DNA of 32,000 bases. It comes from Cupriavidus necator. Its GTDB lineage: Bacteria > Pseudomonadota > Gammaproteobacteria > Burkholderiales > Burkholderiaceae. Numbering within the stretch: position 1 is the first letter of the stretch; each line of letters starts with the position of its first letter. The DNA is taken from contig NZ_CP066018.1 in NCBI RefSeq assembly GCF_016127575.1, forward strand, positions 2,040,001 through 2,072,000, read 5' to 3'. The notes under the pieces were generated by a model. That model saw only the letters and a program-made list of their open reading frames with translations. It had not been told where the DNA came from and did not search any database. Shown here in pieces: positions 17,696 to 28,989 of this stretch. A program made the translations under genes and the position numbers.

Positions 17696-19417
17696 ATGAA
17701 AGCCTCGCAATTCTTCATTTCCACCCTCAAGGAAGCGCCCGCCGACGCGGAAATCGTTTCGCACAAGCTGATGATGCGCGCCGGCATGATCAAGAAGCTG
17801 GGCGCCGGCATCTACAACTACATGCCGATCGGGCTGCGCGTGATCCGCAAGGTGGAGAACATCGTGCGCGAGGAAATGAACCGCGCCGGCGCGGTGGAGC
17901 TGTCCATGCCGGTGATCCAGCCGGCCGAGCTGTGGCAGGAAACCGGCCGCTGGGACAAGATGGGCCCCGAGCTGCTGCGCCTGAAGGACCGCCATGAGCG
18001 CGACTTCGCGGTCCAGCCGACCTCGGAAGAGGTGGTGACCGACATCGCCCGCTCGGAAATCCGCAGCTACAAGCAGCTGCCGGTCAATTTCTACCAGATC
18101 CAGACCAAGTTCCGCGACGAGCGCCGGCCGCGCTTCGGCATCATGCGCGGGCGCGAGTTCACCATGAAGGATGCCTATTCCTTCGACCGCGACACGGACG
18201 GCCTGCGCAAGTCGTACGAGAACATGTACGACGCCTACGTGCGCATCTTCCGCCGCTTTGGCCTGGAATTCCGCGCCGTGGCGGCCGACAACGGCGCCAT
18301 CGGCGGCTCGGGCTCGCATGAGTTCCATGTGATCGCCGACACCGGCGAAGACGCCATCGTCTACTGCCCGACCTCGGACTACGCCGCCAACATGGAGGCC
18401 GCCGAGGCGCTGCCCCTGCTGGCCAGCCGCGCCGCGCCGGCCGAAGACCTGGTCAAGACCGCCACCCCGGAAAAGGCCAAGTGCGAGCACGTGGCCGAGT
18501 TCCTGGGCATCCCGCTGCAGCGCACCGTCAAGTCGATCGTGCTGGCCAAGGACACCGAGGCCGGCGCCGAGATCTGGCTGCTGCTGATCCGCGGCGACCA
18601 TGAGCTGAACGAGGTCAAGGCGTCAAAGGTGCCGGGCCTGGCCGACTTCCGCTTTGCCACCGAGAACGAGATCGTCGACGCCTTCGGCTCGCCGCCGGGC
18701 TACCTGGGCCCGATCGGCGCGAAGAAGCCGGTCAAGGTGGTGGCCGACCGCACCGTCGCCAACATGAGCGATTTCGTCTGCGGCGCCAACTACCGCGACT
18801 ACCACTACACCGGCGTCAACTGGGGCCGCGACCTGCCCGAGCCGGTCGTGGCCGACCTGCGCAACGTGGTCGCCGGCGACGCCTCGCCGGACGGCCAGGG
18901 CACGCTGGAAATCTGCCGCGGCATCGAGGTGGGCCACGTGTTCATGCTGGGCACGCGTTACTCGGAATCGATGAACGCCACCTTTCTGGACGAGAACGGC
19001 AAGACCCAGCCGATGCAGATGGGCTGCTACGGCATCGGCGTCACCCGTATCCTGGGCGCGGCGATCGAGCAGAACTTCGATGAGCGCGGCATCATCTGGC
19101 CGGCCGCGATCGCGCCGTTCGCGGTGGTGATCTGCCCGGTGGGCTACGACCGCTCCGAAGCCGTCAAGGCCGAGGCCGACCGCATCCATGCCGAGCTGCT
19201 GGCCGCCGGCGTGGACGTCATCCTGGACGACCGCGGCGAGCGCCCGGGCGTGATGTTTGCCGACTGGGAGCTGATCGGCGTGCCGCACCGCGTGGTGGTG
19301 GGCGACCGCGGCCTGAAGGAAGGCAAGGTCGAGTACCAGGGCCGGCGCGACGCGCAGGCCACCGCCGTCAGCGTGGCCGACGTGGTCGGCCACGTGCGCA
19401 GCCAGCTGGCGAACTGA
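17696..19417 (+). CDS. proS: Proline--tRNA ligase
   Basis: [32 protein letters not shown]..., 573 aa, bacterial type with an inserted editing domain. Start is the internal Met of ORF 17627..19417. Confidence 0.95.
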   Translation: MKASQFFISTLKEAPADAEIVSHKLMMRAGMIKKLGAGIYNYMPIGLRVIRKVENIVREEMNRAGAVELSMPVIQPAELWQETGRWDKMGPELLRLKDRHERDFAVQPTSEEVVTDIARSEIRSYKQLPVNFYQIQTKFRDERRPRFGIMRGREFTMKDAYSFDRDTDGLRKSYENMYDAYVRIFRRFGLEFRAVAADNGAIGGSGSHEFHVIADTGEDAIVYCPTSDYAANMEAAEALPLLASRAAPAEDLVKTATPEKAKCEHVAEFLGIPLQRTVKSIVLAKDTEAGAEIWLLLIRGDHELNEVKASKVPGLADFRFATENEIVDAFGSPPGYLGPIGAKKPVKVVADRTVANMSDFVCGANYRDYHYTGVNWGRDLPEPVVADLRNVVAGDASPDGQGTLEICRGIEVGHVFMLGTRYSESMNATFLDENGKTQPMQMGCYGIGVTRILGAAIEQNFDERGIIWPAAIAPFAVVICPVGYDRSEAVKAEADRIHAELLAAGVDVILDDRGERPGVMFADWELIGVPHRVVVGDRGLKEGKVEYQGRRDAQATAVSVADVVGHVRSQLAN

Positions 19418-19422
19418 GCCCC

Positions 19423-20166
19423 ATGCGCGCCGCCCGCGGCATGACCGGTGCCGCCCGCCGCTGCGCGGGCGGGCTGCTGCTGGCCGTCGCGGCCATGGCA
19501 GCCCACGCCGGCGCGCAGAAGGAAGAAGACCTCGCCGATTCCGTGCGCGGCGCGCTGGCCGCCGCCATTGCCGATGACCGGCCCACGCGGCCGGTATTCG
19601 CGTCCGGCGGCGAGCGCCTGGCCTACCTGAAATGGCTGGGCGAGATGTCCGCCCGCCTGGCCTCGCGCATCCCCGAGCCGCAGGTGCGCGTGGAACTGAT
19701 CGAGGTGGCCTACTACGAGGCCAAGCGCGCCGGGCTGGAGCCCGCGCTGGTGCTGGGCCTGGTCCAGGTCGAGAGCAACTTCCGCAAGTACGCGATCAGC
19801 TCGGCCGGTGCGCGCGGGCTGATGCAGGTGATGCCGTTCTGGGTGCGCGCCATCGGCGACAGCGACCCGCGCAAGCTGTTTCACCTGCAGAGCAACCTGC
19901 GTTACGGCTGCACCATCCTGCGCTACTACCTGGACCGCGAGCAGGGCGACCTGTACCTGGCGCTGGGCCGCTACAACGGCAGCCGCGGCCGCCCCGAATA
20001 TCCGAACGCGGTGCTGGCGGCGTGGAAGCGCTGGCAGTATTCCGAAGCCACGGTCACCGTGGCCGGCGAGCCCGAGGTCGCGCCGTCGCGCCCGCGCGCA
20101 CCGGTGTCCGAGCCGCCTGCCCGCAACCCGTTCTCGTCGCAGCGCGTCGCCGCCAATCCGTCATGA
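19423..20166 (+). CDS. Secreted lytic transglycosylase (Slt/goose-type lysozyme-like domain)
   Basis: Signal-peptide-like N-terminus (CAGGLLLAVAAMAAHAGA) and catalytic region VQVESNFRKYAISSAGARGLMQVMPFW...GRYNGS. It starts 5 nt after the proS stop. Confidence 0.8.
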   Translation: MRAARGMTGAARRCAGGLLLAVAAMAAHAGAQKEEDLADSVRGALAAAIADDRPTRPVFASGGERLAYLKWLGEMSARLASRIPEPQVRVELIEVAYYEAKRAGLEPALVLGLVQVESNFRKYAISSAGARGLMQVMPFWVRAIGDSDPRKLFHLQSNLRYGCTILRYYLDREQGDLYLALGRYNGSRGRPEYPNAVLAAWKRWQYSEATVTVAGEPEVAPSRPRAPVSEPPARNPFSSQRVAANPS

Positions 20167-21056
20167 TCCGCGAAGCATCCGTTGCCGGCGGCAAGACCGG
20201 CTACACCGAATCCTCGCCCGACCTTGAACAATGGCTGGCCCGGCATATCGCCCAGGGCTTTGCCGCCGATGCGCTGGTGTTGTCGATGCTGCGCTCGGGC
20301 TATGACGACGCCTTTGCGCGCCAGGCCGTGGCCGCGGCATTTGCACAAGATGCCTATGGTGCCGCGCCGGCCCGGCCTGCGCCGGCGCGCTCCGCAGCTG
20401 CAGCCGGCACGCCCGCGGTCTACGCGGCCGATGGCGGGGACCGCCAGGTCCCGATCCTGTTCCGGCTGGCGTCGCCACAGGTCCAATTGTTCCAGCAGCT
20501 GCTGACCGACGACGAGTGCGATGCCCTGGTGGCGCTGTCGCGCGGCCGCCTGGCGCGCTCGCCGGTGGTCAACCCGGACACCGGCGACGAGAACCTGATC
20601 GATGCCCGCACCAGCATGGGCGCGATGTTCCAGGTGGCCGAGCACCCCCTGATCACGCGCATCGAGGCCCGCATCGCCGCCGTCACCGGCGTGCCGGCCG
20701 AGCACGGCGAAGGCCTGCAGATCCTCAACTACAAGCCCGGCGGCGAGTACCAGCCGCACTTCGACTACTTCAATCCGCAGCGCCCCGGCGAGGCGCGCCA
20801 GCTGTCCGTCGGCGGGCAGCGCATCGCCACCCTGGTGATCTACCTGAACACGCCCGAGGCGGGCGGCGCCACCGCGTTCCCGCGCGTGGGGCTGGAGGTG
20901 GCGCCGGTCAAGGGCAATGCGGTGTACTTCAGCTACCTGCTGCCCGACGGCGCGCTGGACGAGCGCACCCTGCACGCGGGGCTGCCGGTGGCCTTCGGCG
21001 AGAAGTGGATCGCCACCAAGTGGCTGCGCGAACGGCCGTACCGCAGCGACGCCTGA
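20163..21056 (+). CDS. Prolyl 4-hydroxylase-like 2OG-Fe(II) oxygenase with an N-terminal extension of unknown function
   Basis: Start at ATG 20163 (ATGA overlap with the upstream stop); 297 aa. The iron/2OG triad context is present: YQPHFDYF (HxD), TLHAGLPV, KWIATKW. The longer 474-aa ORF would overlap the transglycosylase out of frame. Confidence 0.75.
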   Translation: MIREASVAGGKTGYTESSPDLEQWLARHIAQGFAADALVLSMLRSGYDDAFARQAVAAAFAQDAYGAAPARPAPARSAAAAGTPAVYAADGGDRQVPILFRLASPQVQLFQQLLTDDECDALVALSRGRLARSPVVNPDTGDENLIDARTSMGAMFQVAEHPLITRIEARIAAVTGVPAEHGEGLQILNYKPGGEYQPHFDYFNPQRPGEARQLSVGGQRIATLVIYLNTPEAGGATAFPRVGLEVAPVKGNAVYFSYLLPDGALDERTLHAGLPVAFGEKWIATKWLRERPYRSDA

Positions 21057-21192
21057 TTGTGTTTCGCAGGAGCGCACTGCGCGGTACTGATCCCGTGCCC
21101 GGCGCCGTATCGGCATTAATTCCAAAAATTGTACCGGTACTGTACCGCTAACTGACCGTAGACTGATTTCCCTGAACGCCCTGGAGTCAGTC

Positions 21193-21807
21193 ATGGAAGT
21201 GTCCCAACTCGCCGCCGGAACCGGTGTCTTCGCCGCGTTTGCCGGCTTTGCGCTGGTGTCGTCGATCACCCCCGGTCCCAACAACACGATGCTGCTCGCC
21301 TCGGGCGTGAATTTCGGCTTCGTGCGCACGGTGCCGCACCTGCTCGGCGTCAGCATTGGCTTTGCGCTGATGGTGGGGCTGGTCGGGCTGGGGCTGGGAT
21401 CGATGTTCCACGCCTTCCCGTGGACCTGGCAGGTGCTGCGCGTGGTGGCGACGGTCTACTTGATATGGCTGGCGTGGAAGCTGGCCACCGCCGGCGGCGT
21501 GCAGGACCAGCAGGTCAAGCGGCCGATGGGCTTCTGGGCGGCGGCGGCGTTCCAGTGGGTCAATCCCAAGGCGTGGGTGATGGCGGTGGGTGCGTGCAGC
21601 ACCTATGTGCTGCACGGCAACCTGTGGCTCAACGTGCTGCTGCTGGCGGGGATCTTCGGGGTGGTGAACCTGCCCAGCGTGGCGATGTGGGCACTGTGCG
21701 GCTCTGCGCTGCGGCGCTGGCTGGCGCGTCCGCGGGTGCTGCGCGCCTTCAATATCGGCATGGCCGTGCTGCTGCTGGCCTCGCTGTGGCCGATCCTGGG
21801 CGCCTGA
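21193..21807 (+). CDS. LysE/RhtB-family amino-acid exporter
   Basis: 204-aa six-helix membrane protein with the N-terminal SITPGPNNTMLLASG motif typical of the family. Confidence 0.8.
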   Translation: MEVSQLAAGTGVFAAFAGFALVSSITPGPNNTMLLASGVNFGFVRTVPHLLGVSIGFALMVGLVGLGLGSMFHAFPWTWQVLRVVATVYLIWLAWKLATAGGVQDQQVKRPMGFWAAAAFQWVNPKAWVMAVGACSTYVLHGNLWLNVLLLAGIFGVVNLPSVAMWALCGSALRRWLARPRVLRAFNIGMAVLLLASLWPILGA

Positions 21808-21821
21808 GGATGGCGCCGGGG

Positions 21822-21849
21822 CAGGCACCCGGGCGGGTGCCTGTATTAA
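21822..21849. terminator. Hairpin between convergent LysE-family gene and hpt
   Basis: CAGGCACCC-GGGC-GGGTGCCTG followed by TATTAA. 9-bp GC stem with a short A/T tail. Confidence 0.45.
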
Positions 21850-21853
21850 CTGA

Positions 21854-22396
21854 TCAAACCAGCGCGCGGATCGAGTCCAGGTTGCGCCAGTAGCCCTTGG
21901 CATCCATGCCGCACCCAAACACATAGCGGTCCGGCACGGCAAAGCCGCAGAAGTCCGGATGCATGGGCTTGATCTTGGTCAGCGTCTTCTCGCACAGCAC
22001 CGCGGCGTGGAATTCCTTGGCGCCCATGTCCATGATGCGCTCGCGGATCGCGGCCATGGTCTCGCCTTCATCCAGGATGTCGTCCAGCACCAGCACCACG
22101 CGGTCCTTGACCGACTCGCGCGGGGCCACGCGCCACTGCATCTCGCCGCCCACGGTCTTGTTGTTGTAGCGCGAGAGGTGGATGTAGTCGAACTCCAGCG
22201 GGAAGGCCAGCTTGGGCAGCAGCATGCCGGTGAAGACCACCGCGCCGCCCATCACCGACAGCACCAGCGGGAAGGCATCGCCCATCTTGGCGGTGATTTC
22301 CGCGGCCATGCGGTCCAGCGACGCCTGGACTTCCGCGGCGGAGACGATTTCCTCGGAGTTGGCCCACAGCTCGCGGGCCTGTACGGCACTCATCAT
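21854..22396 (-). CDS. hpt: Hypoxanthine-guanine phosphoribosyltransferase
   Basis: 180 aa with PRPP-binding motif VVLVLDDILDEGETM. Confidence 0.85.
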   Translation of the reverse strand: MMSAVQARELWANSEEIVSAAEVQASLDRMAAEITAKMGDAFPLVLSVMGGAVVFTGMLLPKLAFPLEFDYIHLSRYNNKTVGGEMQWRVAPRESVKDRVVLVLDDILDEGETMAAIRERIMDMGAKEFHAAVLCEKTLTKIKPMHPDFCGFAVPDRYVFGCGMDAKGYWRNLDSIRALV

Positions 22397-22452
22397 GATG
22401 TCTTTCCTGTTCTTTTGCGGGGGGAGGCAAGTCGGGGTGCGACGGACGGATT

Positions 22453-23847
22453 CTAGCGGTTGAAGAGGCCCTTCATGCCGCCCTTCATCGCGCCCATCTG
22501 GCGCATCATCTTCATCATGCCGCCGCCCTTGAGCTTTTTCATCATGGACTGCATCTGGTCGAACTGGTTGAGCAGGCGGTTCACTTCCTGCACCGGCACG
22601 CCGGCGCCCGCGGCAATGCGGCGCTTGCGGCTGGCCTTGATCAGCTCGGGCTTGGCGCGCTCGGTGGGCGTCATGCTGTTGATGATGCCTTCCATGCGGG
22701 CCACCTGCTTCTCGGCCTGGTCCATGTTGGCGCCCTGCGCCTGCTGGGCGAACTGCGCCGGCAGCTTGTCGACCAGGCTGCCCAGGCCGCCCATCTTCTT
22801 CATCTGGCCGATCTGGGCCTTGAAGTCTTCCAGGTCGAAGTCACCGGTCTTCTTGATCTTCTTGGCCAGCTTCTCGGCCGCTTCCATGTCCACGCCGCGC
22901 TGGGCTTCCTCGACCAGCGCGAGGATGTCGCCCATGCCCAGGATGCGCTGGGCCATGCGGTCGGGGTAGAAGGGCTCCAGGCCGTCCAGCTTTTCGCCGA
23001 CGCCGACAAACTTGATCGGGCGGCCGGTGATATGGCGCACCGACAGCGCCGCGCCGCCGCGCGCGTCGCCGTCCAGCTTGGTCAGCACCACGCCTGTCAG
23101 CGGCAGGGTGTCGTTGAAGGCCTTGGCGGTGTTGACCGCGTCCTGGCCCAGCATGGCGTCGACCACGAACAGGGTTTCGGCGGGCTTCAGCTCGGCGTGC
23201 AGGGCGGCGATTTCCTGCATCATCAGCTCGTCGATACCGAGCCGGCCGGCCGTGTCGACGATCAGCACGTCGTGGTAGTGCTTGCGCGCCCAGTCCACCG
23301 CCGCGCGGGCGATGTCCGCCGGCTTCTGGTCCGGCTGCGACGGGAAGAAGTCAGCGCCGACTTGCTCGGAAACGGTCTTGAGCTGGGCGATAGCGGCGGG
23401 GCGGTAGACGTCGCACGAGACCGTCAGCACCTTCTTCTTTTTGTTTTCCTTGAGCCACTTGGCCAGCTTGCCCACGGTGGTGGTCTTGCCGGCGCCCTGC
23501 AGGCCGGCCATCAGGATGATGGCGGGCGGCTGCACGGCCAGGTTCAGCTCGGCTTCCTTGTTGTTGCCGCTGGCCGCGTCGGCGCCGCCGATCACGGCGG
23601 TCAGCTCGCGCTGGACCACGCCGACCAGGGCCTGGCCCGGGGTGAGGCTGCTGACAACCTCCTCGCCCATGGCCTTTTCCTTCACGCGGGCAACGAATTC
23701 GCGCACGACCGGCAGCGCCACGTCAGCTTCGAGCATGGCAAGGCGCACTTCGCGCAGCATCTCGGCGGTGTTGGCCTCGGTCAGGCGCGCCTCGCCGCGC
23801 ATGGTCTTGACCACACGCGCCAGGCGTTGAGTGAGATTGTCCAGCAT
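22453..23847 (-). CDS. ffh: Signal recognition particle protein Ffh
   Basis: MLDNLTQRLARVVKTMRGEARLTE..., G-domain GLQGAGKTT, Met-rich M-domain C-terminus; 464 aa. Start is the internal Met of the 501-aa ORF. Confidence 0.95.
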   Translation of the reverse strand: MLDNLTQRLARVVKTMRGEARLTEANTAEMLREVRLAMLEADVALPVVREFVARVKEKAMGEEVVSSLTPGQALVGVVQRELTAVIGGADAASGNNKEAELNLAVQPPAIILMAGLQGAGKTTTVGKLAKWLKENKKKKVLTVSCDVYRPAAIAQLKTVSEQVGADFFPSQPDQKPADIARAAVDWARKHYHDVLIVDTAGRLGIDELMMQEIAALHAELKPAETLFVVDAMLGQDAVNTAKAFNDTLPLTGVVLTKLDGDARGGAALSVRHITGRPIKFVGVGEKLDGLEPFYPDRMAQRILGMGDILALVEEAQRGVDMEAAEKLAKKIKKTGDFDLEDFKAQIGQMKKMGGLGSLVDKLPAQFAQQAQGANMDQAEKQVARMEGIINSMTPTERAKPELIKASRKRRIAAGAGVPVQEVNRLLNQFDQMQSMMKKLKGGGMMKMMRQMGAMKGGMKGLFNR

Positions 23848-23988
23848 GGCAGGAATCGGGGGAGAAGTCGGAGCAGGGCTCGGGGCTGAAATCGGAGGCA
23901 GTCTTGCACACGGGGCGGGCCTGGAACACCGGTTACACCGGTTCAAGCGGGCCGCCACCGTCCGTGGGCACTAAGGTAAACTGCGTAA

Positions 23989-24927
23989 ATGGTCATTGTA
24001 CTGTATGCCCTGACGGCACTTCTCTATTGCGGCCTGGCCTTTCACGGCTGGGCCACGCGCCACCCACGCCTTGCCACCGCTGCCGGCCCGGCAGGGGGGG
24101 CGACCTCGGCCGTGCTGGTGGCCGGCGGCGGCCCCATCCCCCCGGCGGGCGGCGCGCACGGCGAAGGGCGCCCGGCCTGGTGGCACGTGCTGATGCTGGC
24201 GGCGCTGGCCAGCCACGGCATGCTGCTGCATGAAACCATCTTCCCGGCCGAGCGCATGATGTTCGGCTTTGCCTTCGCACTGTCGGCCATGCTGTGGCTG
24301 GGCGTGGGCATCTACTGGATCGAAAGCTTCTTCTTCTCGCTGGCGGGCCTGGGCCTGATCGTGATCCCGGTGGCGCTGGTGGCCAGCCTGATGCCGCTGG
24401 CCTTCCCCGGCTCGCAGATCCTGGGCTACGCGGCGCGGCCGCTGTTCAAGCTGCATTTCATCATCGCCAACGTGGCCTACGGGCTGTTCACGCTGGCGGC
24501 GTTCCACGCCTTCCTGATGCTGCTGGCCGAACGGCGCCTGCATGGCTTCCGGCACGCGCCGGCGCGGCCGCCGGAGCAGCAACCCAGCGAATGGCTGGGC
24601 CGCTGGCTGGACCTGCTGCCGCCGCTGCTGACGCTGGAGAAGCTGCTGTTCCGGCTGATTGGCGCCGGCTTTGTGCTGCTGACGCTGACCATCGGCTCGG
24701 GCCTGCTGTTCTCTGAAGACCTGTTCGGCCGCGCCTTCCGGCTGGACCACAAGACGGTGTTCGCGCTGATCTCGTGGGCCATGTTCGGCGGCATCCTGGC
24801 CGGGCGCATCTTCCGCGGCTGGCGCGGCAAGGTGGCGCTGCGCTGGGTCATCGCCTCGTTCGGCATCCTGCTGCTGGCCTATGTCGGCAGCCGTTTCGTG
24901 ATTGAAGTCGTCCTGCATCGCCTCTGA
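23989..24927 (+). CDS. Inner-membrane cytochrome c assembly (CcsA/YpjD-like) family protein
   Basis: 312-aa polytopic membrane ORF divergent from ffh, the same arrangement as ffh/ypjD in E. coli. Confidence 0.7.
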   Translation: MVIVLYALTALLYCGLAFHGWATRHPRLATAAGPAGGATSAVLVAGGGPIPPAGGAHGEGRPAWWHVLMLAALASHGMLLHETIFPAERMMFGFAFALSAMLWLGVGIYWIESFFFSLAGLGLIVIPVALVASLMPLAFPGSQILGYAARPLFKLHFIIANVAYGLFTLAAFHAFLMLLAERRLHGFRHAPARPPEQQPSEWLGRWLDLLPPLLTLEKLLFRLIGAGFVLLTLTIGSGLLFSEDLFGRAFRLDHKTVFALISWAMFGGILAGRIFRGWRGKVALRWVIASFGILLLAYVGSRFVIEVVLHRL

Positions 24928-24933
24928 TTCCCC

Positions 24934-25236
24934 ATGGCACGTATCCTGATCCTGCTGGCCGTGGTGCTGGGCGTCATCTGGTGGCTGCGCGCCCGCGCCG
25001 AGGCGCGGCTGGCTGAACACCGCGCACGCCAGGCCCGCGAGGCCAGCGAGCGCACTGCCGCCGCCGGCCCGGCCGACGCCACCGCCGAACCCATGGTCCA
25101 GTGCGCCCAGTGCGGCGTGCACCTGCCGCAGGGCGAGGCCATTGCCTGGCGCGGCCTGCACTACTGCCGCCGCAGCCACCTGCCTGACGAAAGCCGGGCC
25201 GAGGGCAGCGACAGCAGCAGCGGCCCCCGCCCATGA
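24934..25236 (+). CDS. PP0621-family small protein (N-terminal TM helix, C-terminal Cys/His zinc-ribbon-like motif)
   Basis: MARILILLAVVLGVIWWL... then CAQCGVHLPQGEAIAWRGLHYCRRSH. The stop overlaps the kinase start in ATGA at 25233-25236. Confidence 0.65.
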   Translation: MARILILLAVVLGVIWWLRARAEARLAEHRARQAREASERTAAAGPADATAEPMVQCAQCGVHLPQGEAIAWRGLHYCRRSHLPDESRAEGSDSSSGPRP

Positions 25237-27338
25237 CAGAGCCGGCGTCGTCGGGCTGGCAGCGGCTGAACGCCTGGCGCGGCCTGGCCCAGCTGTGGCG
25301 CCAGCCCGAACCGCCTGACTTTCACTGGCGCCTGCTGCGCTATTTCTGCTGGACCCGTGTGGCCGTGGGCCTGCTGCTGGTCGGTTTTGCGCTGATGCGG
25401 CGCGGCGAGCCGGCCTCCGTCACCGCCATCACGAATGCGATCCCGCCCGTGCCGTTCGACCTCGGGGGCCTGGGCGGCATCGAGCACGCGGCGGCCATGA
25501 CCATCGCCGTGCCCTATCTTGGCATTGCCGTGGCGATGCTGGCCGGCACGCTGTGGCGCCGGCACTTCCATCTGCGCGTGCGGGTGCAGGTGCTGGCCGA
25601 CCTGGCCCTGCTGGCGCTGGTCTTCAGCGTGCTGGGGCGGGGCGGGCAGGCCGAGGGCCTGGCCATGATCTTCCTGCTGCCCGCGCTGGAAGCCGGCGCA
25701 CTGACCAGCCTGCTGTTCGCGCTGTTTGCCGCGTCGATCTCCGCGCTGGTGGTGATGAGCGGGCCCTTCATGCACACCATCCTGCTGCGCCAGGCCGATG
25801 CCGGGCTGCTGGGCTCGGGCCTGTTCGGCCTGGTGTTCATGATCGCGGCGCTGCTGATGTATATGCTGGCCAACCGCCAGATCGCGCAGGAGCGCCTGGC
25901 GCTGGCGCGCGAGCAGGAGCTGCGCCTGCAGCAGCTGGTCAACCGGCTCATGGTCAACGACATGCAGGACGGCGTGATGCTGGTGCGCGCCAACGGCGCG
26001 GTGGTGGCCGCCAACCCCGCGGCGGTGGTGCTGCTGGGCGTGCAGCCGCATGAGCGCATCTACTCGCGCCGGCTGGGTGGTGCGGCAGGTCAGGGCGGAG
26101 AAGCAGTGCTGTTCGACCTGCGCCGCATCCCGCGCCTGCAGCCGCTGATGGAGATGCTGCGCGACTGGCTGCACAGCAAGGACGACGTGCCGCGCATCCT
26201 GCAGCTGCTGCCGATGGCGTCCGGCACCGCGCTGGCCGACGGCACCATGCAGCACACCCGGCTGCGGCTGCGCTTTGTGCTGCCGGGGCTGGCAGGATTG
26301 CGCTCGACCATGGCGCATGGCCGCACCGTGCCGGCCACGCTGGATACCGCCGCCTGGAGCGAACTGTCGCCCGAAGCCGCCGGCCGCCTGCGCCTGGCCA
26401 TCGCCCAGAACGAGGCCATGGCCTGGTCGCAGGAGGATGAGGCCCTGCTGCGCAACGAGATGCGCGACACCGTGCTGGTCCATATCGAAAGCTGGGAACG
26501 CATCGCCGAGCAGGTGCAGCAGGAAAAGCTGGCCGCCATGGGCCGGCTGGTGGCCAGCATCGCGCACCAGATCCGCAACCCGCTGGCAGCAATCAGCCAG
26601 GCCAGCGAGCTGCTGGGAGACTCCGGCCGGCGCGACCCTGCCGCGCAAGACCATGGCGGCGCCGATGTCGATATCGACGCCCGCCTGCTGCGCATCATCA
26701 ACGACAACGTGCGCCGGCTGGACCAGGTGGTGTCAGACGTGCTGCAGATGTCGCGCCGCCCGCGCACCGGCCGCAGCACCGTGCACCTGGCGCAGGCGCT
26801 GCCCGAGATCGTCGAGCGCTGGCGCGCCGAAATGCGCTCGCGCCGCCCGCGCGCCGGCGAGACCCGCCCGGCGGGCCGGGCCGACATCAACGCCAATGCC
26901 ATCCGGCTGACCGTGGACGTGGCCCAGCCGGTGGTGTTCGACGCCTCGCAGCTGCAGCAGGTGCTGGGCAACCTGCTGGACAACGCCTGGCGCTACTGCA
27001 GCCGGCTGCCGGGATCGATCCGGCTGCTGGCGCATGCGCTGGACCAGCACCATGCCGAGCTGATCGTCTGGAACGACGGCGCCGAAGTCGCGCGCGAGCA
27101 CCAGCGCAGCCTGTTCGAACCGTTCTTCACCAGCAACGCCCAGGGCACCGGGCTGGGCCTGTTCATGGCGCGCGAGCTGTGCGGCGCCAATGACGCCCAG
27201 GTGCGCTACGGCGCCATCGCCTTGCCGGCGCTGTTGGAGCGCACTGGCATGCTGGCCGCCGCCGCGCGCGATACACTGCCGGCCAAGGCTTTCGTGCTGA
27301 CGCTGCGCATCGAGAGTGCCGATGCGGCCGCCGCCTGA
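25233..27338 (+). CDS. PilS-like membrane sensor histidine kinase
   Basis: 701 aa. Multi-helix hydrophobic N-terminal third, H-box SIAHQIRNPLAAISQASELL, and ATPase G-box TGLGLFMARELCG. Confidence 0.8.
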   Translation: MTEPASSGWQRLNAWRGLAQLWRQPEPPDFHWRLLRYFCWTRVAVGLLLVGFALMRRGEPASVTAITNAIPPVPFDLGGLGGIEHAAAMTIAVPYLGIAVAMLAGTLWRRHFHLRVRVQVLADLALLALVFSVLGRGGQAEGLAMIFLLPALEAGALTSLLFALFAASISALVVMSGPFMHTILLRQADAGLLGSGLFGLVFMIAALLMYMLANRQIAQERLALAREQELRLQQLVNRLMVNDMQDGVMLVRANGAVVAANPAAVVLLGVQPHERIYSRRLGGAAGQGGEAVLFDLRRIPRLQPLMEMLRDWLHSKDDVPRILQLLPMASGTALADGTMQHTRLRLRFVLPGLAGLRSTMAHGRTVPATLDTAAWSELSPEAAGRLRLAIAQNEAMAWSQEDEALLRNEMRDTVLVHIESWERIAEQVQQEKLAAMGRLVASIAHQIRNPLAAISQASELLGDSGRRDPAAQDHGGADVDIDARLLRIINDNVRRLDQVVSDVLQMSRRPRTGRSTVHLAQALPEIVERWRAEMRSRRPRAGETRPAGRADINANAIRLTVDVAQPVVFDASQLQQVLGNLLDNAWRYCSRLPGSIRLLAHALDQHHAELIVWNDGAEVAREHQRSLFEPFFTSNAQGTGLGLFMARELCGANDAQVRYGAIALPALLERTGMLAAAARDTLPAKAFVLTLRIESADAAAA

Positions 27339-27375
27339 CCTGTCCCAACCCAGCCACCACCCCATGCCACCCCGA

Positions 27376-28985
<1,610 letters not shown>

Positions 28986-28989
<4 letters not shown>

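Noticed and set aside
11448-21056. A proline-themed neighbourhood: tRNA-Pro, proB, proS and a prolyl-hydroxylase-like gene within 10 kb.
   Set aside because: rplU-rpmA-obgE-proB is a widely conserved arrangement unrelated to proS. The clustering is most simply coincidental. Only the tight proS-slt-P4H unit is kept as a finding.
22453-23958. N-terminally extended ORF versions in the track: ffh 501 aa, zapD 314 aa, CNP1-like 250 aa, proS 596 aa, ampD 319 aa, P4H-like 474 aa, rplU 120 aa, yacG 98 aa, mutT 186 aa.
   Set aside because: The extensions are low-complexity, overlap neighbouring genes or promoters, and precede Met residues that begin the conserved family N-termini. I used the shorter starts.
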